Assembly: GCA_965261395.1 (NCBI GenBank)
Contig: OZ253462.1
Coordinates: 3,936,001 to 4,000,000 of the forward strand
Direction of reading: 5' to 3'
Source: Candidatus Latescibacterota bacterium
Lineage (GTDB): Bacteria > Latescibacterota > UBA2968 > UBA8231
Length of the DNA stretch: 64,000 bases
The position numbers and the translations under genes were made by a program. The stretch's first letter is position 1, and each line of letters opens with the position of its first letter. This document shows, in pieces, positions 10,024 to 18,952 of this stretch. The notes under the pieces were generated by a model. That model saw only the letters and a program-made list of their open reading frames with translations, did no database searches and was not told where the DNA came from.

Positions 10024-11481
10024 TCAACTACCGGTGTAGAGTTTTGAAAAGTAAGGCCTAAAACCAGCAGGGCCCGGGTACCCGTCCCAGTATTGGGCAT
10101 TGGCGGGCAGTTCGCCTTCGCCGCCGTTTCGGAGCCAAGCGATTAATCCGGAGTCCGTGCCGCGGCGTTCGAGTTCGTCAATTGCGGCGGCGTGCATTTG
10201 GGTGACGACCTCTGGATGCGCCTTCTCAACGCAATCCAACGAACCAAGTCGCGCCAAGCGCGAGTGTTCCGGCTTCGCGGCGACTTCGAGACTCCAGGTT
10301 TTGTCAAAGGCAGTAAAGAGGACGAAGTGCGGATTCTGCCTGGCTTGATTCCAGCGTTCGAGGCTCCCACCTGCCAATGCGAGCTGCCGTTCGCCAGCTT
10401 CACCGCGCCGGGCGGGGGTTAAAATATCATAGCCCTCAATGCCTTCCGGTTCCGTTGCGCCGAGGAGCGCGAGGATCGTGGAGAAGAAGTCTTGTGGTTG
10501 CACAATAACATCGCTCCGTCCGGTATCGCCATCTGGTATTCGGATGAAGAGCGGGACATGCGCTTCGGCCTCGCGCACCGGTTGCCCTTTGCCAAAAGTG
10601 CCGCGCTCACCGACGTTGGTGCCGTGGTCGCCGGTTAAGATGACTGCCGTGTTCCCGCCGAGCCCGGTGGATTCGAGCGCGTCCAAGAATTGCCCAAAAC
10701 AGTGGTCCATCCAGGTCAATTTCGCCGGGTATTGCGCTTTGATGTGTTCCTTCGCCTCGTCGGGGAGGTCTTTGTCGTTCCGCCCGCCGAAGAGGCTGCG
10801 CGGGTCAACGCGCCCATCGTAGTCCGGCCGCGCGTCGTACTTTTTCATAAACTCGAGCGGTGCATCCCACGGTTCGTGGGGATCGAAACAATCCACCCAG
10901 AGGAAGAAATTCTCGCGCTGCGCATTGTCTTTGAGGAATTGGGCCGCGCTCCTGAACAACTTTGCGCAGTTCCAATCCTCCGGTTTTTTGCGGTTGCGGT
11001 TCGCCCGGGCGTAGGTCTGGAGGGCCCCGTTTCTCGCGGCGTTTTCGCCGAGGCCTGCAAACATTGGTTGGTGGCACCAGTTGTCCGGCCAAGCCGCGGA
11101 ATCGTCGATCCAGTCGCGATCGACTTCAGCCCCACGGATGAACGTCCACGCGTGAAAGGGCCAATCGAAGTTGTGTCCGCCGTTGACCAGGTGTGGGGTA
11201 TCGTGGATCAGTTGCGTGGCATAGCCGCGTTCGGCCAGCGTCGAGGGGAGGGTCTGTCGTTCGTGTCGCAGCGGCTGCCACGGATGGAAGGGCCCCCCGT
11301 ACTGACCGGTTATCACATCAGTTCGGTACGGGATCGTTGGGAAGCTAGCGCAGAAGGCGCGGTCAAATGCCCATGCTTTCGATGCAAAACGGTCGATATT
11401 CGGCGTTTCGATCGAGGTATTGCCGTTTGCACCGATATAATCGTAGCGGAGGGTATCAATTACAATGAGCGCGATATTCAT
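10024..11481 (-). CDS. Sulfatase-like hydrolase (alkaline phosphatase superfamily) with Thr at the nucleophile position
   Basis: NIALIVIDTLRYD, TPNID, TIPYR in place of C/SxPxR, DPHEP and GDHG. Confidence 0.85.
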   Translation of the reverse strand: MNIALIVIDTLRYDYIGANGNTSIETPNIDRFASKAWAFDRAFCASFPTIPYRTDVITGQYGGPFHPWQPLRHERQTLPSTLAERGYATQLIHDTPHLVNGGHNFDWPFHAWTFIRGAEVDRDWIDDSAAWPDNWCHQPMFAGLGENAARNGALQTYARANRNRKKPEDWNCAKLFRSAAQFLKDNAQRENFFLWVDCFDPHEPWDAPLEFMKKYDARPDYDGRVDPRSLFGGRNDKDLPDEAKEHIKAQYPAKLTWMDHCFGQFLDALESTGLGGNTAVILTGDHGTNVGERGTFGKGQPVREAEAHVPLFIRIPDGDTGRSDVIVQPQDFFSTILALLGATEPEGIEGYDILTPARRGEAGERQLALAGGSLERWNQARQNPHFVLFTAFDKTWSLEVAAKPEHSRLARLGSLDCVEKAHPEVVTQMHAAAIDELERRGTDSGLIAWLRNGGEGELPANAQYWDGYPGPAGFRPYFSKLYTGS

Positions 11482-11550
11482 TTTTTTCAGCTTCGTTTCT
11501 GAGTCGCGTCGCGTGCTGCGGAAGGTATGGAACGGTATGCGCCACCTGCC

Positions 11551-12537
11551 TCAGGTGCGCGGCCACGGAGTGGCGATGGAGAATTCCTTTGCCACTTCCT
11601 CAAGCCCCTCGACCGCTTGCGCCGAAATCGGCACGCCATCCCTGCGGTACTCGGTTTCTCGCTCCAGTTCCTTGCCGCCGGGCAGGAAGGACTCGCTGAA
11701 GCTGGGCAGTGGCTTCATGCGACTGGTCTCGTCCATCAGGTGATCCACGTCGGCCTTGAAGGCATCGAGATCGGAAAAACAGTTCACATCCATGGCGAGG
11801 AAGAAGCCCGATTGATCTGCGCCTGTAAACTCGACGTTGCCCCGCGAAAACTCCGTTAGCATCTGCCCCCCCAGCGTACCCGACAGGATATTGCCCACGT
11901 GCGAAATGCCGATGGCCTTGATGAAAACCGGCGGGTACTTCAGGAAGGTCTCGTCGTCGATTGCGTAGTGACTGGCGAAGTCGAGCAGGAAGGTTGGTTT
12001 GCCCGCTCTGCCCGGCATGCCGAAGGCCAAAGGCGGGCTGCCTTGGATGGAACCCCGGATCGTCGAATCGCGATCGTAGTGATCGGCGGCATTGCGACCG
12101 GAAGTGGAGATGCCGATCAGGTCTGCGCGCATGGCCATGCGCGCGTAGTTGCCGGTGCTGCCAAGATGAGCGTGGTAGGTTGAGGTGACCGCGCCGATCC
12201 CAACTTCCTGGGCTTTGGAGATAGCTATTTCCATGGCCTTGGTGGCGACGAGGTAGCCCAAGCCGCCGTCGCCGGAGAGAGCGGCGGTGGTCGGTCCTTC
12301 TTTGAGCACGCGGATTTGCGGGTTCGGGTTGACGGTGCCGTCTTGGAATGAGCGGACGTAGCGATTGACTTGGAGGGTGCCGTGGCTGACGACGCCGCGC
12401 AGATCGCATTCGACCAGTTTGCCGGCGATGAGCCGAGCGTGATCTTCCGGGATCGGCACTGCCTTGAAAATATCGACGACCAGTTGCTCAAGGTCGGTGA
12501 CGGCGACGCGGATGCCGTCGGTAGGGGGGACGTTCAT
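11551..12537 (-). CDS. Ldh_2 family (malate/L-lactate/sulfolactate/ureidoglycolate-type) dehydrogenase
   Basis: DLRGVVSHG, GDGGLG, H.G..GNY and C-terminal LPG..E...E....DGV. Confidence 0.85.
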   Translation of the reverse strand: MNVPPTDGIRVAVTDLEQLVVDIFKAVPIPEDHARLIAGKLVECDLRGVVSHGTLQVNRYVRSFQDGTVNPNPQIRVLKEGPTTAALSGDGGLGYLVATKAMEIAISKAQEVGIGAVTSTYHAHLGSTGNYARMAMRADLIGISTSGRNAADHYDRDSTIRGSIQGSPPLAFGMPGRAGKPTFLLDFASHYAIDDETFLKYPPVFIKAIGISHVGNILSGTLGGQMLTEFSRGNVEFTGADQSGFFLAMDVNCFSDLDAFKADVDHLMDETSRMKPLPSFSESFLPGGKELERETEYRRDGVPISAQAVEGLEEVAKEFSIATPWPRT

Positions 12538-12749
12538 AAGTGAGTTCCTTTCTCAATGAATATCTTCACGCATCCGGTCAATTTAGCCGATATACCCTGA
12601 ACGGGAAGGCGCGCCGCAGCGCCGTATTGAAATGGCTCTCCCGAGCAGTGGAGTGTGCAAACTTTGGCGAGGACTCTTTGCCGCACTAAGTTTTACGCCA
12701 GCCTTGTGTCCTTGCAACCTGTCCCAATCACTTTCGAGAAAGGTTCTAT

Positions 12750-14225
12750 ATGAAACGCATCCTTTTAGCCAAATTCAACCACGAAGTCGGCAGCTTTAAC
12801 CCCCAGCGCACCTATTATAGCGACTTCTCGATCCACCGGGGGCCAGACCTGCTAGCAGCCGTCCGCTCGTCCAATTCCACGCTGGCTGGCAATATCGACG
12901 TTCTCGAAGCCCGTCCCGACATCGAACTGGTCCCTACGTACGGGGCTTGGTGCAATACCACCGGCGGCTTGGTCGCCGATCCCGATATGGAGCGCCTCAT
13001 CGGCGAATTGTTGGCCGCCATCGAGGCCCACGCCCCGGCTGACGCGGTTTGTCTTTCCCTGCACGGGGCCATGGCCGGCGAAACCGAAGTTGATCCCGAA
13101 GGCCGCGTCGCGTCCGGCATTCGGGACATCGTCGGGGATGTGCCTATTGTCGCGGCGATGGACTTGCACGCGGTCATTTCGCAACGGCTGGTTGATGCAG
13201 CCGACGCCTTGGTCTTTCTCCACACCTATCCGCACACGGATATGCGCGACACTGGCCAGCGCGCGGCCCGCTTGCTATTGCGCCAATTGGACGGGCATGT
13301 CAAGCCCACCACGGCCCGCGTGCCCATCCCGTTATTGGCTCGCGGCGACGAACTCATCACCGCTAGCGGCTGCTTTGGCCAAGCCATCCGCCGCTGCCAA
13401 GAAATTGAGGCGTCTCTAGGCGGTCTGGCCGCTGGCGTCGTTATTGGCAACCCCTTTACCGACGTGCCCGATCTGCAGTCCAACGCGTTGGTCACCACCG
13501 ACGACGACCCCGCCCGAGCTGAAGAGCTGGCTCTGGAACTAGCCAGATTCATGTGGGAAAACCGCCCCTACTGGATCCCCAAACTCACCCCCCTCGAACA
13601 AGCCGTGCGTCTGGCCGAAGAGACCGAGGGCCTCACAGTGTTCTCCGACGCTGCGGATTCTACGGCCTCGGGCGCCTCCGGCGACAGCAACGCCATTCTC
13701 AAGGGCTTGCTCCAATACAACTACAGCAAGCGCGCGCTCATACCCATAGTGGATGCTTCTGCGGTGGAAGCCGCCTATCGGGCCGGGGTAGGGGGTCGGT
13801 TCACTTGGCCCTTGGGCGGCACTCTCGACTCGGAGCGCTTTGCGCCGGTGGAATTGCCCCTGTACGTCAAAAGCCTGTCCGACGGGGCCTTCACCACCGA
13901 ATACGGCTATGTAGTGCCACCTAGCCGCACCGCCATTTTGACCAGCGGCAAGCTCACGCTGCTGGTGACCCAAGAGGCAGCCCCCATCGTCGGACGCAAG
14001 GTGTACCAGAGCCAAGGGCACGATCCGGCCGATTACGATTTGGTCGTGTGCAAGTCGCCCAATGGTTTCCGCACTCACTACCAGGCCATAGCCGCCCGCA
14101 TTGTTGCTGTCGATGTGCCTGGGTCCACCAGCGCCAACCTCAAAACCTTGCCTTACCAGCACTGTGTGCGCCCCATTTTCCCGCTGGACGACGGGGTGGT
14201 GCCGCCTTTTGCTGAGGCCGAATGA
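12750..14225 (+). CDS. MlrC-like M81 family metallopeptidase
   Basis: HEVGSF, LSLHGAM, DLHA, TYPHTD, D.ADS..SG and VCKS motifs. Confidence 0.9.
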   Translation: MKRILLAKFNHEVGSFNPQRTYYSDFSIHRGPDLLAAVRSSNSTLAGNIDVLEARPDIELVPTYGAWCNTTGGLVADPDMERLIGELLAAIEAHAPADAVCLSLHGAMAGETEVDPEGRVASGIRDIVGDVPIVAAMDLHAVISQRLVDAADALVFLHTYPHTDMRDTGQRAARLLLRQLDGHVKPTTARVPIPLLARGDELITASGCFGQAIRRCQEIEASLGGLAAGVVIGNPFTDVPDLQSNALVTTDDDPARAEELALELARFMWENRPYWIPKLTPLEQAVRLAEETEGLTVFSDAADSTASGASGDSNAILKGLLQYNYSKRALIPIVDASAVEAAYRAGVGGRFTWPLGGTLDSERFAPVELPLYVKSLSDGAFTTEYGYVVPPSRTAILTSGKLTLLVTQEAAPIVGRKVYQSQGHDPADYDLVVCKSPNGFRTHYQAIAARIVAVDVPGSTSANLKTLPYQHCVRPIFPLDDGVVPPFAEAE

Positions 14226-14241
14226 TCGGAAGGATTCCTCC

Positions 14242-14859
14242 GTGCATATCGAAGCTCTCTTCACGCCAGCGCAACAAGCCCTTGTCGCTGGCTTGCACAG
14301 ACGCGACCAGCAGGAGCGCCAGGCTGGCTCCACCGACCCGTTGCGCCTCCGGGCCGTTAGTCCCGAAGTGGCCCATTATCTCTGTCTGACCGCGATCCAC
14401 CAACAGGCCCAGACCTTGGTCGAATTCGGGACTTCGCACGGCTATTCCACCTTGCATCTCGCTGCCGCGGCTCAGCGCACTGGGGGCCGCGTATATAGTT
14501 TGGATCGGATGCCAGAAAAAACAAAGGCGGCCCAAGCCAATTTGCGTCAAGCTGGCCTGGACCACCTAGTGGAATGCTACACTGGGGAGGGGGATGCCTT
14601 TATCGCGGCTCTCCCCGAGCGCGTGAATTTTGTCTTTGTAGATTTTGGCCTGCCCGCTTTTGCGCCCATGTTCACCATGCTGGAAAGCAGTCTGGTGCGA
14701 GGGGCGTTCCTCTTTGTCGATGGCTGGTCCAAAGTCGAACAATGGGATCAGAATCCGGAGTGGGCCGCCTTTAGAAGCCGCTTAGACGAGACTGACGATT
14801 ACCTGACCTACATCCTGCCGCTGGAAAAGTCGCACCTCATTGCCGTTAAGCTGGCCTGA
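14242..14859 (+). CDS. Class I SAM-dependent O-methyltransferase
   Basis: VEFGTSHGYSTLHLA motif and FVFVD; GTG start at 14242 after GGAAGGA. Confidence 0.8.
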   Translation: MHIEALFTPAQQALVAGLHRRDQQERQAGSTDPLRLRAVSPEVAHYLCLTAIHQQAQTLVEFGTSHGYSTLHLAAAAQRTGGRVYSLDRMPEKTKAAQANLRQAGLDHLVECYTGEGDAFIAALPERVNFVFVDFGLPAFAPMFTMLESSLVRGAFLFVDGWSKVEQWDQNPEWAAFRSRLDETDDYLTYILPLEKSHLIAVKLA

Positions 14860-14927
14860 ACACCAGAGCGTTTGACGAGTGTCGGTGCATTCGTCATTTT
14901 TACGGTAAATTTGACGGAATCAACGAC

Positions 14928-15252
14928 ATGTACCCTCGAATACTGGAATTGCCCGAGAAGAGCTTTTTCCTGTTCGGCCCACGGGGAACGGGAAAATCCG
15001 TGTGGCTGGAGCAACGGCTCAGCCAAGTGGCCTTGACCATCAACTTGCTGAGGTCCGGTGAAGATCTCCGATTATAAACGCGACCCGTCCCTTCTGGCTC
15101 GAGAAGTGGCAGCACTTAGAAACAAAAACGCTTGGATTATCATCGACGAGATACAGAAGCTCCCGGAATTGCTTGATGAGGTTCACGCGCTCCTATTCGA
15201 GAGCCGAGGTGATTATCGGTTTGCGCTGTCGGGTTCGAGTGCTAGAAAGCTG
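14928..15252 (+). pseudogene. AAA_14-type ATPase (DUF4143 family), 5' fragment, frameshifted and truncated
   Basis: MYPRILELPEKSFFLFGPRGTGKS (Walker A), then one extra base near 15070; the next frame reads YKRDPSLL...IIIDEIQK (Walker B)...SGSSARKL and then breaks off. Confidence 0.85.
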
Positions 15253-15317
15253 TGTCAGGGCCCGATTCCTATTCGAGAAGTCTGTCGGGCCTCCTCATCT
15301 TTCTCAAGGAGGCTCTC

Positions 15318-16328
15318 ATGTCCCGCCTTTTCGTAATATTTCTCGCCGTAGTCCCTTCTCTGATAGCTTGCACCAAAGAGAAAATCGTGTACGTCGAGGT
15401 GCCTGTTGAGGTACCGGCTTCGCCACAACCCGTAGTACCGCCTGCACAAACCCCACCTGATCCACCGCCTGTACTTAGTCAATGGGAACGCGAGCGGTTA
15501 GCCAGTATGAAAGAAGACGGCAAGCTGCTGATGGAATTCTATCGCCTTACCGAGGGCGATGGCTGGAGAGAAAAAGACAACTGGGGTAGTTCAGACTGGG
15601 ATCTGACGACTTGGTATGGTGTTTCTTACAGCCAACACAGCTATCGTGCATTCGATAAGCGCGGCTGGGGGGTTTATGGCTTGTACTTGTCGATGAATTG
15701 GTTGAAAGGACAACTACCGGACTTTATCTGGGAATTTAGAGGACTGAAATTCTTGAATCTAAGAGCCAATCATTTATCGGGTCCTATCCCCAGACAGCTT
15801 AGCTGGATGAAGCACCTTGAACAGGTCAACCTTATGGATAACCAGCTAACCGGTTCCATTCCCGATCTATCTGAAAGCCGATTCTTGAACGACCTATCGC
15901 TATGGGACAATCAGTTATCTGGACCACTACCGGCTTGGCTAGGTGAGAACCGATCTATTGGACGCCTATGGTTGGGAAAAAATCAGTTCAGCGGCTCCCT
16001 TGAAACCTCAATGTTGCCCCAAAATATTCGCAATCTCACCTTGGACAACAACCAGCTTTCAGGAGCGCTACCGGTGGATCTTTTGGATAAGCGACCCGAT
16101 TTAGCTGTTTTGCGGCTACACAACAATCAGTTTACCGGATCGATACCTGCTCAGTGGACAAAAGCAGTAACACGAACAGAGGGTAGTCTTTGCCCACAAA
16201 CAGCTCGTTTCTCTTGCCTAAAAGAATTGACCCTATCGGGCAATAAACTGACCGGCTGTATTCCATCCGGCCTATTTAGGTTGCAAAAGCACGATCTCGA
16301 TCAGATTAACTTACCCCAATGTCCATAG
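15318..16328 (+). CDS. Leucine-rich repeat lipoprotein (plant receptor-like LRR type)
   Basis: AAGGAGG RBS; lipobox LIAC; Pro-rich linker; N-cap W....NW....W.GV; about 8 LxxLxLxxNxLxGxxP repeats. Confidence 0.9.
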   Translation: MSRLFVIFLAVVPSLIACTKEKIVYVEVPVEVPASPQPVVPPAQTPPDPPPVLSQWERERLASMKEDGKLLMEFYRLTEGDGWREKDNWGSSDWDLTTWYGVSYSQHSYRAFDKRGWGVYGLYLSMNWLKGQLPDFIWEFRGLKFLNLRANHLSGPIPRQLSWMKHLEQVNLMDNQLTGSIPDLSESRFLNDLSLWDNQLSGPLPAWLGENRSIGRLWLGKNQFSGSLETSMLPQNIRNLTLDNNQLSGALPVDLLDKRPDLAVLRLHNNQFTGSIPAQWTKAVTRTEGSLCPQTARFSCLKELTLSGNKLTGCIPSGLFRLQKHDLDQINLPQCP

Positions 16329-16364
16329 AAGAGTACACACCTACAACCCGAGGAGGAACCTCAA

Positions 16365-16457
16365 ATGACAGAATCCGTCTTCTTTTTTCTCGTAGCCGTA
16401 GGAGGTATCGGCTGGGCTATTAGGAAAGCCCGAAACGCACGGAACAGGTGGAGATGA
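16365..16457 (+). CDS. 30-aa single-pass membrane peptide (not in the ORF track)
   Basis: GAGGAGG RBS; MTESVFFFLVAVGGIGWAIRKARNARNRWR; its stop overlaps the next start (ATGA). Confidence 0.55.
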   Translation: MTESVFFFLVAVGGIGWAIRKARNARNRWR

Positions 16458-16693
16458 GTGAGGAACCTTTAGAGCAAAAGCTGGAGGAACTGGAAGAAAT
16501 TACTCAAGCTCTACTCACGAAGACAACTGCATTTCAGGCGGTAATTACCTGCCTTCTGCGCCTTTCTCCTCTGCTCAATACTCGCAGAGAGCTTCTCACA
16601 GAGCTCGAAAAGCGATTCAAAGTAACCCTTGCCAGTAACCCCGAAATCCGGGCTGAGATTCGATTGATTCTCTCTGAGTTTTTCGACAGTTGA
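16454..16693 (+). CDS. Small helical hypothetical protein
   Basis: ATGA coupling to the upstream peptide; L/E-rich helical pattern MSEEPLEQKLEELEEITQALL. Confidence 0.55.
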   Translation: MSEEPLEQKLEELEEITQALLTKTTAFQAVITCLLRLSPLLNTRRELLTELEKRFKVTLASNPEIRAEIRLILSEFFDS

Positions 16694-16711
16694 GTTATTC
16701 ATATTTTCTCC

Positions 16712-17064
16712 TTGGCAAGTTTGAAACCTTTATTCTCAATGAATTCAGGGCGCTCAATTCATGGCGGTCTCACGGGGCGCAGTTTTTCTACTGGCGCACG
16801 GAATCCGGCAACGAGGTGGATCTTATATGGAAAAGAGGCCGACAGGCGGTCGGCTTTGAAATAAAATGTTCCACGAACTGGAGAGAAAACTTCAACAAAA
16901 GGCTAAATGTCTTACTGCAATCCGGCGATATCCAACGAGCTTTCGGCGTGTATCGGGGTACGCGAGTGCTGAAGGTTGGTGAGGTAACTGTTCTGCCGTA
17001 CAAAATGGCCGTTGAAATGGCTGCGGAGGGGAGCTTCATTGCGGCTGGGGAGCAATCCAAGTAG
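16712..17064 (+). pseudogene. DUF4143 (PD-(D/E)xK-like) 3' fragment of the interrupted ATPase
   Basis: FETFILNE...FYWRTESGNEVDLI...GFEIK, typical of the C-terminus of AAA_14/DUF4143 proteins; no convincing start of its own. Confidence 0.8.
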
Positions 17065-17164
17065 GCTCCACGACTCGTTGCGCCTCAAGGCCGTCAGCCC
17101 TCGGCCCACAAGCTGGCGGCCGGACGCGCCTGCTGATGCGCCTGTGCAGCAGCGCGAGAGGATA

Positions 17165-17195
17165 TTGACCAGAGGCTGCTGACTTATTACATAAT
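17165..17195 (+). promoter_or_regulatory. Putative sigma70 promoter for the Uma2 gene
   Basis: TTGACC followed 17 bp later by TACATAAT. Confidence 0.45.
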
Positions 17196-17295
17196 TGCAC
17201 GGTACTGACCACTAATCCAGCACGGGAATTTTGAGAACGCTCACGACCTAAATTTTTTAGCTTTTTCTTAGCTGATTGACCAAGGGACGACCATT

Positions 17296-17913
17296 ATGAC
17301 CGAGACGATCACGACGGCGGCGACTCCGCAGGCTGCGCTCGACGCGCTGCTGTGCGACCTCCTGCCGCGTCAAGGCTGCTGGAGCGACGAGGAATACCTG
17401 TGGCTGACAGATCACACCAATCGCCTGATCGAATTCACCGATGGCCACATCGAAGAGTTGCCCATGCCGACCGACACCCATCAAGCTATCCTCGCATTCT
17501 TCTATGACTTGTTCTGCGACTATATCCGGCCGCGGGGTATTGTGAGGTTCGCGTCCCTGCGGCTGCGCATCCGCGAAGGCAAATTTCGCGAGCCGGATCT
17601 GCTGCTGCTGCGCGACCGCTCGGACCCTCGCCGCCAAGATCGCTTCTGGCTGGGCGCGGATCTAGTCGTCGAGGTGGTCAGCGCGGACTGTCCGCAGCGG
17701 GATTTGGTCGCCAAGCGCACTGACTACGCGGAAGCCGGCATTCCTGAGTACTGGATCGCCGATCCCCGCAACGCGACGATCCGGGTGCTCGTGCTCGAAA
17801 GCGAGACGTATGTCGAGCACGGAGTGTTTGCCCGCGGCGATACAGCCACGTCGCGGTTGCTCGATGGCCTTAGTGTGGATGTGGATGCGGTGTTCGACGC
17901 CCCGGAGAGTTAG
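17296..17913 (+). CDS. Uma2/DUF820 family PD-(D/E)xK endonuclease-like protein
   Basis: IEFTDG, P...HQ, REPD, DLVVEVVS, K..DYAEAGIPEYWIADP. Confidence 0.9.
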   Translation: MTETITTAATPQAALDALLCDLLPRQGCWSDEEYLWLTDHTNRLIEFTDGHIEELPMPTDTHQAILAFFYDLFCDYIRPRGIVRFASLRLRIREGKFREPDLLLLRDRSDPRRQDRFWLGADLVVEVVSADCPQRDLVAKRTDYAEAGIPEYWIADPRNATIRVLVLESETYVEHGVFARGDTATSRLLDGLSVDVDAVFDAPES

Positions 17914-17920
17914 TGGTCAG

Positions 17921-17966
17921 TGGTCAGTCCCCCGCACTGCGCCCTAGGGGCCAGGGAGACTGACTA
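17921..17966. terminator. Inverted repeat between convergent genes, possible terminator
   Basis: GTCAGTCCCC ... GGGAGACTGAC imperfect stem between the Uma2 and DHDPS-family stops; no clear U-tract. Confidence 0.35.
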
Positions 17967-17974
17967 CGTTCTCA

Positions 17975-18886
17975 TTAAAATTTCCCCTCGTATATCTCGT
18001 CGAATAGGACTTTGAGCCCTTCGACGAGCCCCGGCTCTGGCGCTGGATGGGGTGGCCCTAAGCGGTGGTTGGGGTAGAGGCCCTTTAATTGGATGGCCGC
18101 TTTTATGGAAGCCAGCCAATTGTGTTTGATGGCCCACTGCAACCACGGCTCTTCATAGCGGTAGACCAAATCCCAGGCCCCGGCCGCATCGCCGTTGACC
18201 AGCGCATTGTGGAAGGCATTGGCAATGTCGGGTCGGAAGGGTGCTACTGTGCATAAATAGGCGGGGGAGCCGAGCGGGTAGCCAAAGGCAAAATTGCGCA
18301 TTTGCCCGCCGCTGATTACCCCGAAACCCAAGTCTCGCGTCTGGCGGATCAGGTCGTAATACGTGTAGAATTGGTCGCCGTCGTTTTTCATGCCAATGAT
18401 GTGGGGGCGCTGGGCCAGTTCCACGGCTGCTTCCAAGGGGAAGGGGGGTTGGCCGCCAGCCCACAGCAGCAGGGGGATATCAGCGGCCCCTTCCAAAGCG
18501 TCGAAGTAATTGACCAAAACCGGCGTAGTATTGCCTAGATAGGGATGGATTTGGACTTTGACGGCATCCATGCCCACGGCTTGGGCGTGGGCCAGATAAT
18601 CCCGCGTCTTGGCTGGCTTCCAAAAACCCGTACCGCCGATGCAGAAGGCCCGGCCGGCGCAGGCTTGGCCCACGGTCTCGGTCACTGCCCATATATCCTC
18701 GTTGTCCAGGCAGGCGAATTCGCTGCTGCCGTAAGTCAACATCAGAATGGGCGCTCCCTGCGCGCTGAGCCAATCCACGTACGCAGCCACTGCTTGGTGG
18801 TCCACTGCGCCGCTCTCGTCAAAGCACAAATTGAGCGGGACCACCGGTCCCTTCATGCGCGCTAAAGCTGCTGCCGCCTTGTTCAT
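17975..18886 (-). CDS. Dihydrodipicolinate synthase / N-acetylneuraminate lyase family protein
   Basis: F...G.VD, GSSE (variant of GxTGE), Schiff-base Lys in IIGMKND; probably a catabolic aldolase rather than DapA. Confidence 0.8.
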   Translation of the reverse strand: MNKAAAALARMKGPVVPLNLCFDESGAVDHQAVAAYVDWLSAQGAPILMLTYGSSEFACLDNEDIWAVTETVGQACAGRAFCIGGTGFWKPAKTRDYLAHAQAVGMDAVKVQIHPYLGNTTPVLVNYFDALEGAADIPLLLWAGGQPPFPLEAAVELAQRPHIIGMKNDGDQFYTYYDLIRQTRDLGFGVISGGQMRNFAFGYPLGSPAYLCTVAPFRPDIANAFHNALVNGDAAGAWDLVYRYEEPWLQWAIKHNWLASIKAAIQLKGLYPNHRLGPPHPAPEPGLVEGLKVLFDEIYEGKF

Positions 18887-18952
18887 ATACATCTCCTCTG
18901 GGCGTGATTCACTATAGCCAAGGCGGCCGCAGCGCTTGCGACTGACCCGTTG

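Noticed and set aside
8955-10061. Long antisense or alternate-frame ORFs (for example 8955..10061 +, 10690..11502 +, 27550..28587 -, 54010..54954 -)
   Set aside because: They shadow well-supported genes, lack motifs, and are expected in GC-rich DNA
12750-14225. Microcystin degradation pathway
   Set aside because: MlrC-like proteins are widespread, and no mlrA, mlrB or mlrD context is present
15252-16712. Integron cassette or IS insertion as the origin of the LRR cassette
   Set aside because: No attC core sites, integrase, transposase, terminal inverted repeats or target duplication recognised
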